A model generated the notes under the pieces. The model worked only from the letters and a program-made list of their open reading frames with translations. It was not told the DNA's origin and ran no database searches. A program made the translations under genes and the position numbers. A stretch of 64,000 bases of DNA, from contig OZ024745.1 in NCBI GenBank assembly GCA_964016885.1, positions 93,434,001 to 93,498,000 of the forward strand, in the 5' to 3' direction. Positions 1 through 11,577 of this stretch are shown one piece after another. The first letter of the stretch is position 1; each line of letters starts with the position of its first letter. The DNA comes from Eledone cirrhosa. Lineage: Eukaryota.

Positions 1-925
1 TGCGGTAAGTTGTCACGTAAGAAATTCCAGTTATTATCTATCTCATACGTCTCTAAATTGTCTTCTTTTTCGTCATACACATCTTGAAGGGCTTTCCTAA
101 ATTTGTATTTTAGTGAAAGGTCTTTTAGCTTTCAGACCTTTCTTCTCCACACCTTCCTGTATGTCTCATTCCATCTCTTGCTTACTGAGATATCACTAAC
201 GACTAACCTATGCTGTGAGGTACATTCTTCCCCAGGTTATGCCTTGGTATTTGACACCATCTGCATGTCCCGCTGCCTAAATAGTAAGAAGTCAATCTGG
301 CTTATGTGCTCGCCTGATTTGTAGGTAATTAGGTGGTTGGCTGGTTTCTAGAAGTTAGTGTTGCAAATAGTCAGTGTACTTGCATCACAAAATTCAAGAA
401 GTCTCACTCCTTCTTCATTTCTTGAGCCGTAACCGTGCCCACCATGTACCCCAGTGTAACCATTCTGGAGCTGTCCAACATGACCATTGAAGTCCCCTGC
501 TAGCATAACGATGTCTCCGTCCTCTGTCATTGCGGCTGTTTGTAAAAGTTGCTCGTAAAAGGAGTCTTTCTCTTTTTTACCTCGGCCTGCTTGGGGAGCA
601 TAGGCAGAGATGATTGTCAGTAGTCTCCTGCCTACAACTAATCTAAGCTTAATTATTTGATTATTAACTCGAACTACCTCTATTGTCTTATTTATCCATC
701 TCTCAGCCAGGAAAATGCCTACCCCCCCCCCCTAACCCATCATCCTTACCTACCCAGAAAACCTTATAACTAAGATGTTTGCCTGCGATTACTCTCACAG
801 AGGCACCTCTCCATCTCATCGCTTGCACGCAGCACACATCCACATGCCTTCTCTCCAGCATCTCTGCTATTTCAGCAGATCTACCTGTGAGAGTGCCAAC
901 ATTAAGTGTTGCAACACTGAAATGC
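1..925 (-). mobile_element. RTE-clade LINE, apurinic endonuclease (APE) domain; degenerate, runs off window start
   Basis: Minus strand reads ATLNVGTLTGRSAEIAEMLERRHVDVCCVQ...GVGIFLAERW...AGDFNGHVG...GYGSRNEEGVRLLEFC...NTNF*; contains stops and a frameshift. Confidence 0.9.
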
Positions 926-1381
926 GATGTCTTTATATTTTTGTTGTTCCTATATATTTGTTGCTGCGCTCATAATTGTTTTGGCATTGATACACTGGTC
1001 GGATGCTCTTCCTAACACCAGTGCCACTTTACAGCATGGACTGGGTGCTTTTATTCGTGCCACTAGCACTAGAGGGGATGTCTTACTGGACTCCAAGGCC
1101 CTCTCTACCCTTCCATTTTACAGCATGGTCATAACAAAAAAACAAAAAAAAACAAAAAAACAACACCACTTATTGACACTCACGGCACACACACACACTC
1201 ACTCACACACCAACACTCATGCATACAAACACACACACACATATATTACCGTCAATACTGATACAAGATCATGTCAACTGTTGACTTTTACAGTTCAGTA
1301 TTTTTATAATAATAATAATTGTGTGCTTTACAGCATAGAGCAACGGCCCTCCACGTTCCGAGGGGGGGGGGGCAAAAACAA

Positions 1382-1427
<46 letters not shown>

Positions 1428-1744
1428 GTGGTAGAACACTGGAAGGTAATATCCGTAGTGGTAGAGCACTCAGTCCATGGGACGAGTTAGGTAGAAGTGG
1501 TTACACAACAGTTAGTTCACCATACCGAGAACAATTGTTTCACCTTACCGGATCCTCACCTCGTAATGGACATGGTTATACGGAACAGGAAGGACAACCG
1601 TACGAACGCGCATGCGCAGAAACGATCACTTCACACAGGCAATACTAAAATGCGCGCGAGGGGTGTAAGGGAGATAACTGCGAAAGTCCGAAAAGTTTCT
1701 AGTTGATAAGAACATTAGGATGGTGTTGTAACTCAATCCGGAGC

Positions 1745-2630
1745 TTTGTTGTTACGTAAGAGGTGTTTCCAGACGTGTGGACAACGTGTGAAGAATTCAT
1801 TTCTCGTGTTTAGGCAATCACTATTGCATAATCTCTTTAGAATATTTATTCGTTCATCAATACATAGTCCACTCGACGGATTTCCCCTTGCGTATGGCTT
1901 GGACCTATTGGTGGCTTTCCATTGAATGGAGTAGTCTATACTTGAGTCCCTGGGGGACCATACGTGGCTCGCGAGTTTCGTGGATGAACTTCTGTCCGGG
2001 TAACTAAAGGTCGACTGGTGGTTCAGAAGCGTTCCTTAAATCGGCCCTCCGCCGTACCCACATAGGATTTGACCTCCTGTGGTTGATTTGGTCAGTTGGA
2101 AGTGTCCACAGCTTCATAAACTACAGCGGGTGTGTTGCATTGCTGTTGAAGGGGACAAGCTTCGGACTTACGGCAAGAGCACCCTGGTGGGTGTTGCTCT
2201 TAGGGCTGTTGATGATGTGGGCCTTCATGTTCTTAGCGCAGGAGTATCCTAGTTTTACTTTGTGTCGGTTAAAGATGGAACGGTATTTATGACCTATGGG
2301 AAAGTGTCTATCTAAGAGGACTAGAAATATTTTGCCTACATTGGTTTTAACGTTGAGTGAGAAGGGAGGAGAGAACCAGATAGTTTGTCTATTGTTACGC
2401 TTTCTTTTCTTATTGCTGTTGTTGATAGTGGGAAAGTAAGTGATAGTTTGCGAGAAGCCGCTGTTAGCTAACGCCGTGTTATAGTAGGGTGCCGCTCTGT
2501 CAAAGATAGCCTTATTAGAGGAGAGGTTTGAGATTCTAGTAAAACCTGTACATGATCTACAAAGGCTTTCAAAAATCGATATTGGGGCCTTTGGAGACAT
2601 TAAAAAAGTTTCGGTTATTTGTGTCAATTT
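1745..2630 (-). mobile_element. Penelope-like element fragment (RT thumb, WF domain, GIY-YIG C-terminus)
   Basis: ORF 2121-2627 RISNLSSNKAIFDRAAPYYNTAL...IWFSPPFSLNVKT matches the PLE at 11578-13385; downstream DYSIQWK...GLCIDE...LNTRNEFFTRCPH matches its endonuclease end. Confidence 0.85.
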
Positions 2631-2772
2631 TCGTGGTTAAGTAAGACAAGAGTTATCTTTAAGTAAGACAAGAGTTATCTTTCGCAATTCGGCTCATTCG
2701 GGTTGTAATTTACTCTTTGTACTTGAAACAAAAAGTACGCTTCCTTGAGACTAACAATATCATTTTGTATAT

Positions 2773-4544
2773 AGAGCCGTTCCAAATCACGCGATCCATT
2801 CGACAGGGATGCCCTCTCTCCTCCCTCCTGTATGTGCTGGCTCTCGAGCCACTACTGCGGAAGCTGGAGCTGTTGCAGGGCATCCCCTTGGAACCGGGAT
2901 TGCGGAAAGCGGTGTCGGCCTACGCCGATGACGTGACAGTAATGGTGTCGTGCGCCTCGGAAATCGGGCAGATCGGCACCTTACTGGAGGAATATGAAAG
3001 GTTCACAGGAGCCAAGCTGAACCGCGACAAGTCCGTCGGTTTGCAACTCGGGACGTGGAGGGGCAAAACGATGCCCTCCGACGGCATCGTCGGACGCTGA
3101 ACGGAGGGACCGGTGAAGCTGCTCGGGGTCTGGTTCGGACCGGACCTCCAGGTAGAGAAAAACTGGGACGAGGTAACGGGCAAGGTGTTTGCACTCGCCC
3201 AGAAGTGGGCCGAGTGCAAACTATCCCTGAAAGGTCGAGCGGAGGTGGCGAACGCTTATATAGCGTCCGTCATCTACTACCGCTTGACCGTCGTGCCTTG
3301 CCCAGAGAAAACACTCGCCAAAATGGAGCGCGCGCTCTTCAGATTTCTTTGGAAGAAGCGGGCTCCTTTGGTGAGAAGATCCATCTGCTGTCAACACCCT
3401 TCGAACGGAGGGCTGGGGATGCCGTGGCTGACGATGCGTAGACACGCATTAAGGCTACGGCACCTCCAGGTATTCCTCACCGGTCAGCCGGTGTGGGCCC
3501 TGTTTGTGAGGCGAGCCTTTCCGAGACTCGTCTCACTCACCGAGCTTCAATCCTGGGTCAAGCAAAGACCGAGAAAAGTGGGCGACTGGCACATTGAATG
3601 TGCCCAGGCGCTCACGGCCCTCTGGCAAGCGGATCCGGCAATCAGTGGAGACTGAACCTCAACATTCTATAGAGGGTTGGTGCGCAATAAGTGCGACGAT
3701 GCTCTCGGAGAGGCTCTGGGCATGGAGGAAGACGAGCTGGCCAGTCTGTTCGGTAGGACGTTTGGCCCGGGACCGATGTACAACTTCCAAAAGTCCCTGG
3801 CTTGGCAATGTTACCGAGGAGCTCTACCCGTTCGGGACAAGCTCTACAGACACGGGCGCCCGGGTAAGGACCCCTCGAAGAAGATCTGTCCAAGATGCGT
3901 GTGTGACGAGGAAACTGTCGCACACGCATTCGTATACTGCCCGGGCGTTGCTGACCTGTGGGGCTATGTAGAACGACTACTGTCGCGGGTGGGACCAATC
4001 CGGTTGACCACCGAGAACATTGTCACGATCAAACCGCCTCCCCCTTTCAAAAACGAAGGAGAGGCGGTTTTCCTCTGTGTGATAGCCATGGCGAAAGAAG
4101 TTGTATGGTGGACAAGGTTGAAAGGGCTGAGGTCAGACACCTTTCTCTCCGGCCAACAACTGGTCTTTTTTTTCAAGTACCACTTTGGAAGAAGGATCAG
4201 AATGGAGAGAGAGGTGCTCTACCCCAGCAAGTTTTATGAAAGATAGGTGAAAGTAGCGAGAATGGCCCGAGTGAATGGGCCTTCTCTCTATATCAGCCTG
4301 TAGGTGAGAGAGGAGAAGAATGAGAAGAGGAAGGAAGCACCTGCTCTTTGTGCTCCTGAAGAGGAGGGTTGCACATTTTTTCGGGGGTGTGTGCGACCCA
4401 TGTCAACGCCCCTCCCTATTGAGGACATCGATTGTTAAATTTAATTTGTTATATGTTTTTTACACGTCTTTTTAAATGTATGTAAACTCCCCCCTTTGTA
4501 TTTGTCCCAATCTTTGATGCCCTGGTGGCAAATAAATAGAAATA
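2773..4544 (+). mobile_element. 5'-truncated L1/Tx1-clade LINE (RT C-half, zf-RVT, 3' UTR) with 17-bp TSD
   Basis: RQGCPLS, AYADD, GGLGMP and CPRC...ETVAHAFVYC in one frame broken by 3 stops (3098, 3653, 4244); A-rich tail; TSD aatatcattttgtatat at 2756-2772 and 4545-4561. Confidence 0.93.
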
Positions 4545-4989
4545 AATATCATTTTGTATATTTCACAACCAGCAATTTCTAACGGATTACTAAGTTAAGT
4601 TATAGATTTGACATTGTATAATTTATCGTTTCAAGCTTGATGTTCATATATTAAGTGATGTCATAACTTTTACAATATTATGCTTTGTACATACTAGTGT
4701 CTATTATTCACTTCACTTCTCTATTTCATGATGCGCTTTTACTGTTGTCAAAAAAGTTATACCTAGACTGGATTTCTGTTGTTACATGGTATAACGGATG
4801 ACAGCGAGCTCACATATTAATTATTTCGCTGGAATAGTGCCTAAGGTTTTCATGTTTACATAAAGTACGTTTTTCTTCTATGCATTCAAATTGACTTTGT
4901 TTAGTTTAATGAGCTACATCGAAAGCTACTTGAACCGTCCAAAGGACGGGTAGTTTAGCTAGTATATATATATATATGTATATGTATAT

Positions 4990-6186
4990 ATATAATATTA
5001 ATTCAAAATATTAACAAAATAGATATTCTTGTGATCAATTATATTTTATTATACATATTTCAGAGGTAATGAGTTAAGTTCAACAGTACGTCCTCATTAG
5101 ATAAAATAAAATGATACATGACATACCCTGACATGGTAGAGGGTTAAGATTCAATCAAGGTAGTGATTAAATTATGACAAAACTCAATATCTATACCCTA
5201 ATATTGAGAACATGAGATAATATAATACAAACAATAGAGAGGGTGTATGTAATAGATTTTAAGAAATACATGGCATCAATATAACAGTTATAAACTTTTT
5301 AATTTTTAAAAACTACTAGAGAAAGAAGAGGGATAAGAAAGCATAGAGGAAGAAACAGCTGATGTGATATCTTTAGTGCGTGGCTTAAGACAGATGAAAG
5401 ATGATTAAAGAGAGAGAGAGACAAAGGGGGGTAATTTATGTTCAAGTTTGTATATAATATAGTTGGCGGTTAATTTTCAAAATATTTAATTTATGTTATT
5501 TCAGGGTAAAGAATCATATTTTTGGTTTTAAAAGTTAATATGTATTTGTATTAATATTATAATATAATTATGTTAAATTTCTAAAATTCAAATTTTATGA
5601 AAACAAATTTAAAGGATTTAAGAAATACGAGAAAAGAATATATATATATATAATGTTCTATATCCTCACGAAGGTAATCTTTACCAAAATTACTTATAAT
5701 ATTGACAACAGTTTCTATAATATAATTTATAAGAGAATTATAGTTATAATTATTAAATAATTTATTGTTAAATAGTTTGAGTGCCTAAAGTATCAACCGG
5801 CCTTATAATTTTACATATATAGCCTAATTATGAGAAAATGCGAAAACGTAATAAATTCATTCTCTAATGAATTTATTACGTTTTCGCATTTTCTCATAAT
5901 TAGGCTATATATGTAAAACTTTCTCTTGGGTTAATCACTACCTTGATTAAATCTTAACCCTTTAACATCTCAGGGTATGTCATATATCATTATATTTTGT
6001 CTGATGAGGACGTACTGTTGTACATCCGAAATATGTATAATAAAATATAATTGATCAAAAGAACATCTATTTTATTAATATTTATATTTTAATATTAATA
6101 ACTCCGGAAAATTATTTTACCGTAGAGTGCTTCCAATCTACTGTAAAACTCATTCTTTGACATAATCATTGAATATCGTTTAACAC

Positions 6187-6190
<4 letters not shown>
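4990..6190. mobile_element. Non-coding fold-back PLE remnant (minus-strand 3' UTR plus inverted pseudo-LTR) between (TA)n tracts
   Basis: About 5000-5170 is the reverse complement of about 5931-6095; internal 53-bp perfect palindrome; hammerhead motif in both arms; (TA)n on both sides. Confidence 0.75.
5989..6051 (+). ncRNA. Type I hammerhead ribozyme
   Basis: Stem I attatattttgt/ataaaatataat; CTGATGA 6001-6007; stem II ggacgtac/gtacatcc; GAAA; short stem III tatgta; TA cleavage site. Confidence 0.85.
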
Positions 6191-6269
<79 letters not shown>

Positions 6270-7059
6270 AGTATTGAAGTTTCCGTTGAAAATTGAAAAA
6301 GTCATAGGAGTGAAGAGTGGTCTATGTAAGTTACAGAGCTAAATTTAATGTATAATAAACAATACAATATAATTACCTCATTACCAGAGGTTTCCCGGAT
6401 AAGACTAATACAAGAAACGTCCCCATTCGTTCGTCAGACAAGGCAATTTAAAACATAGTGAAATATTTGAAAAATCTCCTCAAGAAAGGCAAAAGTATAA
6501 CGGGCACAAAAAATATATAAATAAAAGTAATGCAAGAGATATATAAAAATAAAATAAGGAAATATAGTAATGGTATGTGTATAAATGTTTGTATATGCAC
6601 CTACAAATGTACATGTGTGTATGTTCAAATGCATGTGTATAGTGAAAAATGTGTGCGTAAGTACATAGATAAGGGCAAGCATATCAGTGTATAATATATG
6701 TTGCAAATATATAATATATAATATATGTTGCAAAAAGAAATTGTAAGATAATAGAGTTAGCGTACATACAGACTAAGGATTGAAATATATACACATACAA
6801 GTATGAAAGCACGCGTATAAACACATACACACGCGAAACCACATACATGCATGTGATATATACAGGGAAGGGAGTGTCTCAGTCAAAGCAGTGTCAGGCT
6901 GAAGGTCGATGCATATATAAAAATATAAAATATGAAAATAAAAAAATATATGAGAATACAAAAATTAAATCAAAGAGAAAGTAAGAGGGAGGGGTTATCA
7001 ATTATAAAGTAACACTAGAAAAATAGAAAACATACAGAGGTTCGTACACACACACACAC

Positions 7060-7096
<37 letters not shown>

Positions 7097-7244
7097 AATA
7101 TATATATAAAATATATATATAAAATATATATATAAATATATATATAAATACGTACAGACAAAATCACATACGTGCGTACATACATACAAAAGCGCGCATA
7201 CATACACACGAAGTACATATACATCTAATCACACGCACGCGACC

Positions 7245-7293
<49 letters not shown>

Positions 7294-7336
7294 TATATAT
7301 ACACGCACACACACATACATACACGTACACACACGT

Positions 7337-7406
<70 letters not shown>

Positions 7407-7726
7407 CCACACACACATATATATAAGTATGTAAAAAACATAGATATAAAAACACGCATACACATACACGCGCACATACGAATGTATACGTATACAAACA
7501 TGTATACACACATATGCACACTTACACGCATACATACAATATAAAAACCAGCCGTATGAATAAATGAGTACAAATTATACGCAAGTAAACATACATAAAA
7601 GTGGCTGAGGGACAACAGAATATATCTGGAGTTGAAAACGCAGTAAAATATGTAAAATTGTGAAGATATAAAGAAAGTGAATCAAAAAGCAGTGGTGGAT
7701 GTGAAGTTAAAAATAAAAATAAAAAC

Positions 7727-7790
<64 letters not shown>

Positions 7791-7815
7791 AACACACACA
7801 TATATAAACACACAC
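6191..7815. repeat. (TA)n, (CA)n and mixed low-complexity tract
   Basis: Long TA runs at 6191-6268, 7350-7400 and 7730-7788 with CA/TA mosaics; explains the YIYI/CVCV ORFs. Confidence 0.9.
6373..6446 (-). ncRNA. Type I hammerhead ribozyme in a PLE terminal-repeat remnant
   Basis: Reverse complement: ttgccttgt CTGACGA (stem II) GAAA cc-tct-gg TA atgaggtaa; 9-bp stem I including GU pairs. Confidence 0.8.
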
Positions 7816-7819
7816 ACCT

Positions 7820-9262
7820 TTTGTGACACTAAACTCCGCCAATTGCAGACTGCGCATTAACATGTGATATCTCGCTCCACAAAGTTGGCTCACCAGCAGC
7901 AGAGTTAAAAAACATCAAGACTAATCCATAAGTTGACATTGTCAAGCCATTGTTTGGCTGCCGGCCTCTGCTTCTCTACCAGCCAACCTTCCTTCCAGGC
8001 ATAGCCTACTCACACCACGAGTTCATCTTTTTATATGGCCGTATAGTTTGAGTTGACAATCTAAACTATAATAAAGTAAGGAACGCGGACTGCGTACGGT
8101 TTATAATTTTTCACCCCATTAGTAAAATAAGTTGGATTACTTTGAATAAATAATGAATGAATATTACATAATTTATCTACTAAATTTCGTGGCTGTTGAT
8201 TAAATATATTTTATTGTTTATTTAAAGATTCACTTCTTTAAAATGTTCAAATGTCAACACTTCCGGTTAGCGATCTCCTAAATAAACATACATATATTTC
8301 CGTCACTAATTTTCTCCAAATGCAGTTTATATATAACTAATTGGCCTGTCCGGCTGGCGTCCGGCTAGGTATACCGGCATTTTATCTTTTCAGGAATACC
8401 CCCAACACTCCAGTGCAAAGATACCGCACGCCCTCTCAAGTCAGCGAGGGGGGGGGGAGGTTAACGTGAATAGTTTTTAGGATTCCCCAGTTCAGCATCC
8501 AGTACGTTAAAGAAAATTGATAGTTACAACAATAAATGCTGAACAGAGAACATTTTTTAACAAACAATAATTTGTACATCCATAATGGAAATTCCAAGTA
8601 ACAGAAAATATTTAAATTACATTGTTAGAGCCTCAGAGTATACAATATTTTTTGTTCGGCCCTCCGGAGCAAAGATGAAGAGATTGTTTAGTGAGCTCAC
8701 CCTAGAGCATCCTACATACAATTGACAATGGGAGAATCACTGATTTCGTAGCTCGTCTCGCGGAGAAGCTCTGTAGACGCTGACCTCTGGACACTCCTGT
8801 CAGGAGCAGGTAAGCTGTAGTGACTTAGAGGTCCACACATGCTAGCAGAAAACCACCCGAAGGGTGGTTTTTATGCTAGTTGATGTAATTGGTCTAAGTT
8901 TGGTAATGTTGAGCAGCTCAATGATACAGATACGGTCGCTGAGCCGCTTGCCAATCATAAGTCTCATGATGTGGTTCGAAAGTGTAGAGAGCTTCTGAAG
9001 TGACCTTGTCGTCCAATTAACACAGTCAAGACCATATAACACAACTGGTAGGATGTAAGTATCGAAGATCTTAGCCTTCAAATGATAGGAAACTCGTTTT
9101 CATGTTAGAGCTTCTTTGTTCTTGTTGAAAGCTGCCCAAGCTAGAGTGATTCGATATTGTTGTTTGATGGTAGTTTGTGACCGAGATATACAAACTCTGT
9201 AACTTGAGCAATTTGCTGGTTGTAGATTGTGAGTAGGGGATTGGCTTTGTTGTTATCAGTTG
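7820..9262 (-). mobile_element. RTE LINE 3' fragment interrupted by a Helitron
   Basis: EFVYLG, KAKIFDTYILPVVLYGLDC, QLKLYGHIKR...CLEGRL...RGRQ on the minus strand either side of 8060-8879. Confidence 0.8.
8060..8879 (+). mobile_element. Non-autonomous Helitron
   Basis: 5' TCTAAACTATAATAAAG; 3' hairpin aaaaccaccc-gaa-gggtggtttt then CTAG (8876-8879); inserted between A and T with no TSD. Confidence 0.85.
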
Positions 9263-9399
9263 TCAACACACACACACATACATATAAACACACACACACA
9301 CATATATATATACATATAAACATACACTCATATACACAGCCACTTTACTGTGAAATCCAATATTAAAAAAAAATTTCTTCCCTCTCACAATTATTTTGT

Positions 9400-10105
9400 C
9401 ACTCTCTCTCAAAATATTACCTCTCTCTCACTAGAACATTATACCTTTCTCACCCTCTCTATATATCACTACATGCCTCACTCTCTCTCACTGGACTAAC
9501 ATTTTCTCTCTCACTAAACTACTCCCCTTCTCTATTCCGAATACATAATTTCTCCCCTTCTCTATTTCCGAATACATACCTCACTCTCTATCATTCTCGC
9601 AATTCACCCTCTCTCACTCAACCACCAAACTCTCTCCCGCTCTATATATCCCATTACATACCTCACTTTCTCTCACAATTCCCCCTCTCTTACTAGACCG
9701 CCAAAGTTTCTCCCCCTCTCTATATTCCACCATATACCTTACTCTCTTTCCCGCTCTTAATTCCACTCTCTCACTAGGCCAATAAACTCTCACCCCTCTC
9801 TATAACCCACTACATACCCCACTCTCTCTCTCTCTCACAATTCCTCCTCTGTCACTAGGCCACCAAATTCTCTCCCCCTCTCTTTATCCAACTACATACC
9901 TCACTCTCTCTCTCACAATTGCCCCTCTCTCACTAGACCACCAAATTCTCCCCCCCTCTCTATATCCCACTATATACTTCTCTCACAAAACTAACAAACT
10001 CTCTCCCCCTCTCTCAAAATTCCCCCTCTCTCACTAGACCACCAATCAATCTCCCCCTCTCTATATCCTACTACATACCTCACTCTCTCACTAGACCACC
10101 AAATT
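9400..10105. repeat. Pyrimidine-rich degenerate minisatellite (about 55-75-bp units)
   Basis: Recurrent ctctctcactagaccaccaaattctctccccctctctatatcccactacatacctca. Confidence 0.85.
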
Positions 10106-10220
10106 ACTGAGGTGTCAGGTGATGCCCGTGAGTGTGCCTGATTGTTTCAGGGTCTTAGCCTCGCCATCACCCATGGGAATGCTGCGAGCGTGTTGGTTTG
10201 CCTGAAGGTGTGCGGTTAAC
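10106..10220 (+). mobile_element. CRE-like non-LTR element, extreme C-terminus of restriction-like endonuclease
   Basis: EVSGDARECA*LFQGLSLAITHGNAASVL, homologous to the end of 40374-41500. Confidence 0.65.
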
Positions 10221-10648
10221 CCCCAAGGTTGTGAGGTGCCGCCGATTGTCACACATAGTGGTGAACAATTTTTCTTTCTTTTTTCTTTCCTTTATCATTT
10301 TTGTTCATGAATTTATATTATTGTGTTAGATATATTTGTCCTTCTGAACGAATTGCGAGCAACTTTTGGTGTTATTTACACATTTGTTATGTTATTTATG
10401 TATATATATTTAAAACATATTTGCAACGTTATTTTACTGTAAATTTATACAACTGTAATACAATTGAACTCGATATATATATGCCAATACAATTTGTTTT
10501 TGTTGATTTATGATGTATTATCTTAAGTCATGATAGGCAAACTGTAATATTATTATTAGTATATTTCTATCTAGCTAACTTGGTCATTTACAATACAAAC
10601 ATAAATATGACGATATTTGTGTTTATCAAATATATTGATTTATGTTAA

Positions 10649-10714
<66 letters not shown>

Positions 10715-10741
10715 AACAAAAGATGGTTAAAAGAGTTCCAT

Positions 10742-10813
10742 GTATTTTATTATGCGCATTTCAAAAACAAATATCATCATGCAATAATATTTGTGTTTTC
10801 ATCAGATAAAACA
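10742..10813 (-). ncRNA. Type I hammerhead ribozyme in PLE 3' pseudo-LTR
   Basis: Reverse complement: tgttttat CTGATGA, long stem II (acaaatattat/atgatatttgt), GAAA tgcgca TA ataaaatac. Confidence 0.88.
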
Positions 10814-11577
10814 GGACATGATATGAAGGTTAAAAAAATACTTGTGGATAGTTCAGTTTTAAATCAACATATGAGAAGTGGTTTTAGATTGATGTGTGAT
10901 ATTGGGAAAAATATTTTATTTAGAGGGGGGGGGGTGGCAAGGATGAGAGAAAGGAGGAGATGAGAGTGACGGTGGAGAGGGAGGAGTATAATGAGGAAGG
11001 ATGAGATAGGAGGAGAGATAGCTTTTATAACTGAGAAAGATATATTGTTTTACATAGAGAGGTTGAAAACCGTTGGAAGATAATGTATAAATTAAAAGAA
11101 TTTGAAAATTAACGAATAGAAAAATTATGTAAAGTTAAGGTTTGTATATTGAGGGGTTTGATAATATGTGCGAAGAAAAAGAAAGAGTTAATATGTATTG
11201 AGAATAATGAGTTAGATGAAGGGAGAAAAGAATAATGAATTGAGGATGAATAATCTAACGTAAAAAAAAATGTATATGTTTACGAAGGATTTTTACAAGG
11301 TGATATAGAGTAAGAATGTGTTGTATTATGTAATAATTGATTCTATGTTAGGCAGGAGTGAGAAAAGGTACAGATTAGGGGTTAGACATTAGAAGAAGAA
11401 GAAGAGAGGAAAGGGAAGTGATAAATAGGGGTGGTGTAGAAAGAGTAGACAAGTATTATAGAATGTATAATGACCTTTGAAATAAGGTAGAAAGATGGGT
11501 ATATTTTTAAAAGAAGTGTATATATATATATATATGTGCCTTTGAGAAAAAGATTCTAAATTGATAAAAATTGAATA

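Noticed and set aside
4795-4850. CGGATGA cagcga/tcgctg GAAT hammerhead-like fold
   Set aside because: Two core changes and no stem I; too degenerate to call
6434-7615. YIYI/CVCV-rich ORFs, also at 38668-39261, 43418-43745, 46284, 56077 and 61087
   Set aside because: Translations of TA/CA microsatellites
8848-8873. Rho-independent terminator-like hairpin
   Set aside because: Better explained as the Helitron 3' hairpin before CTAG
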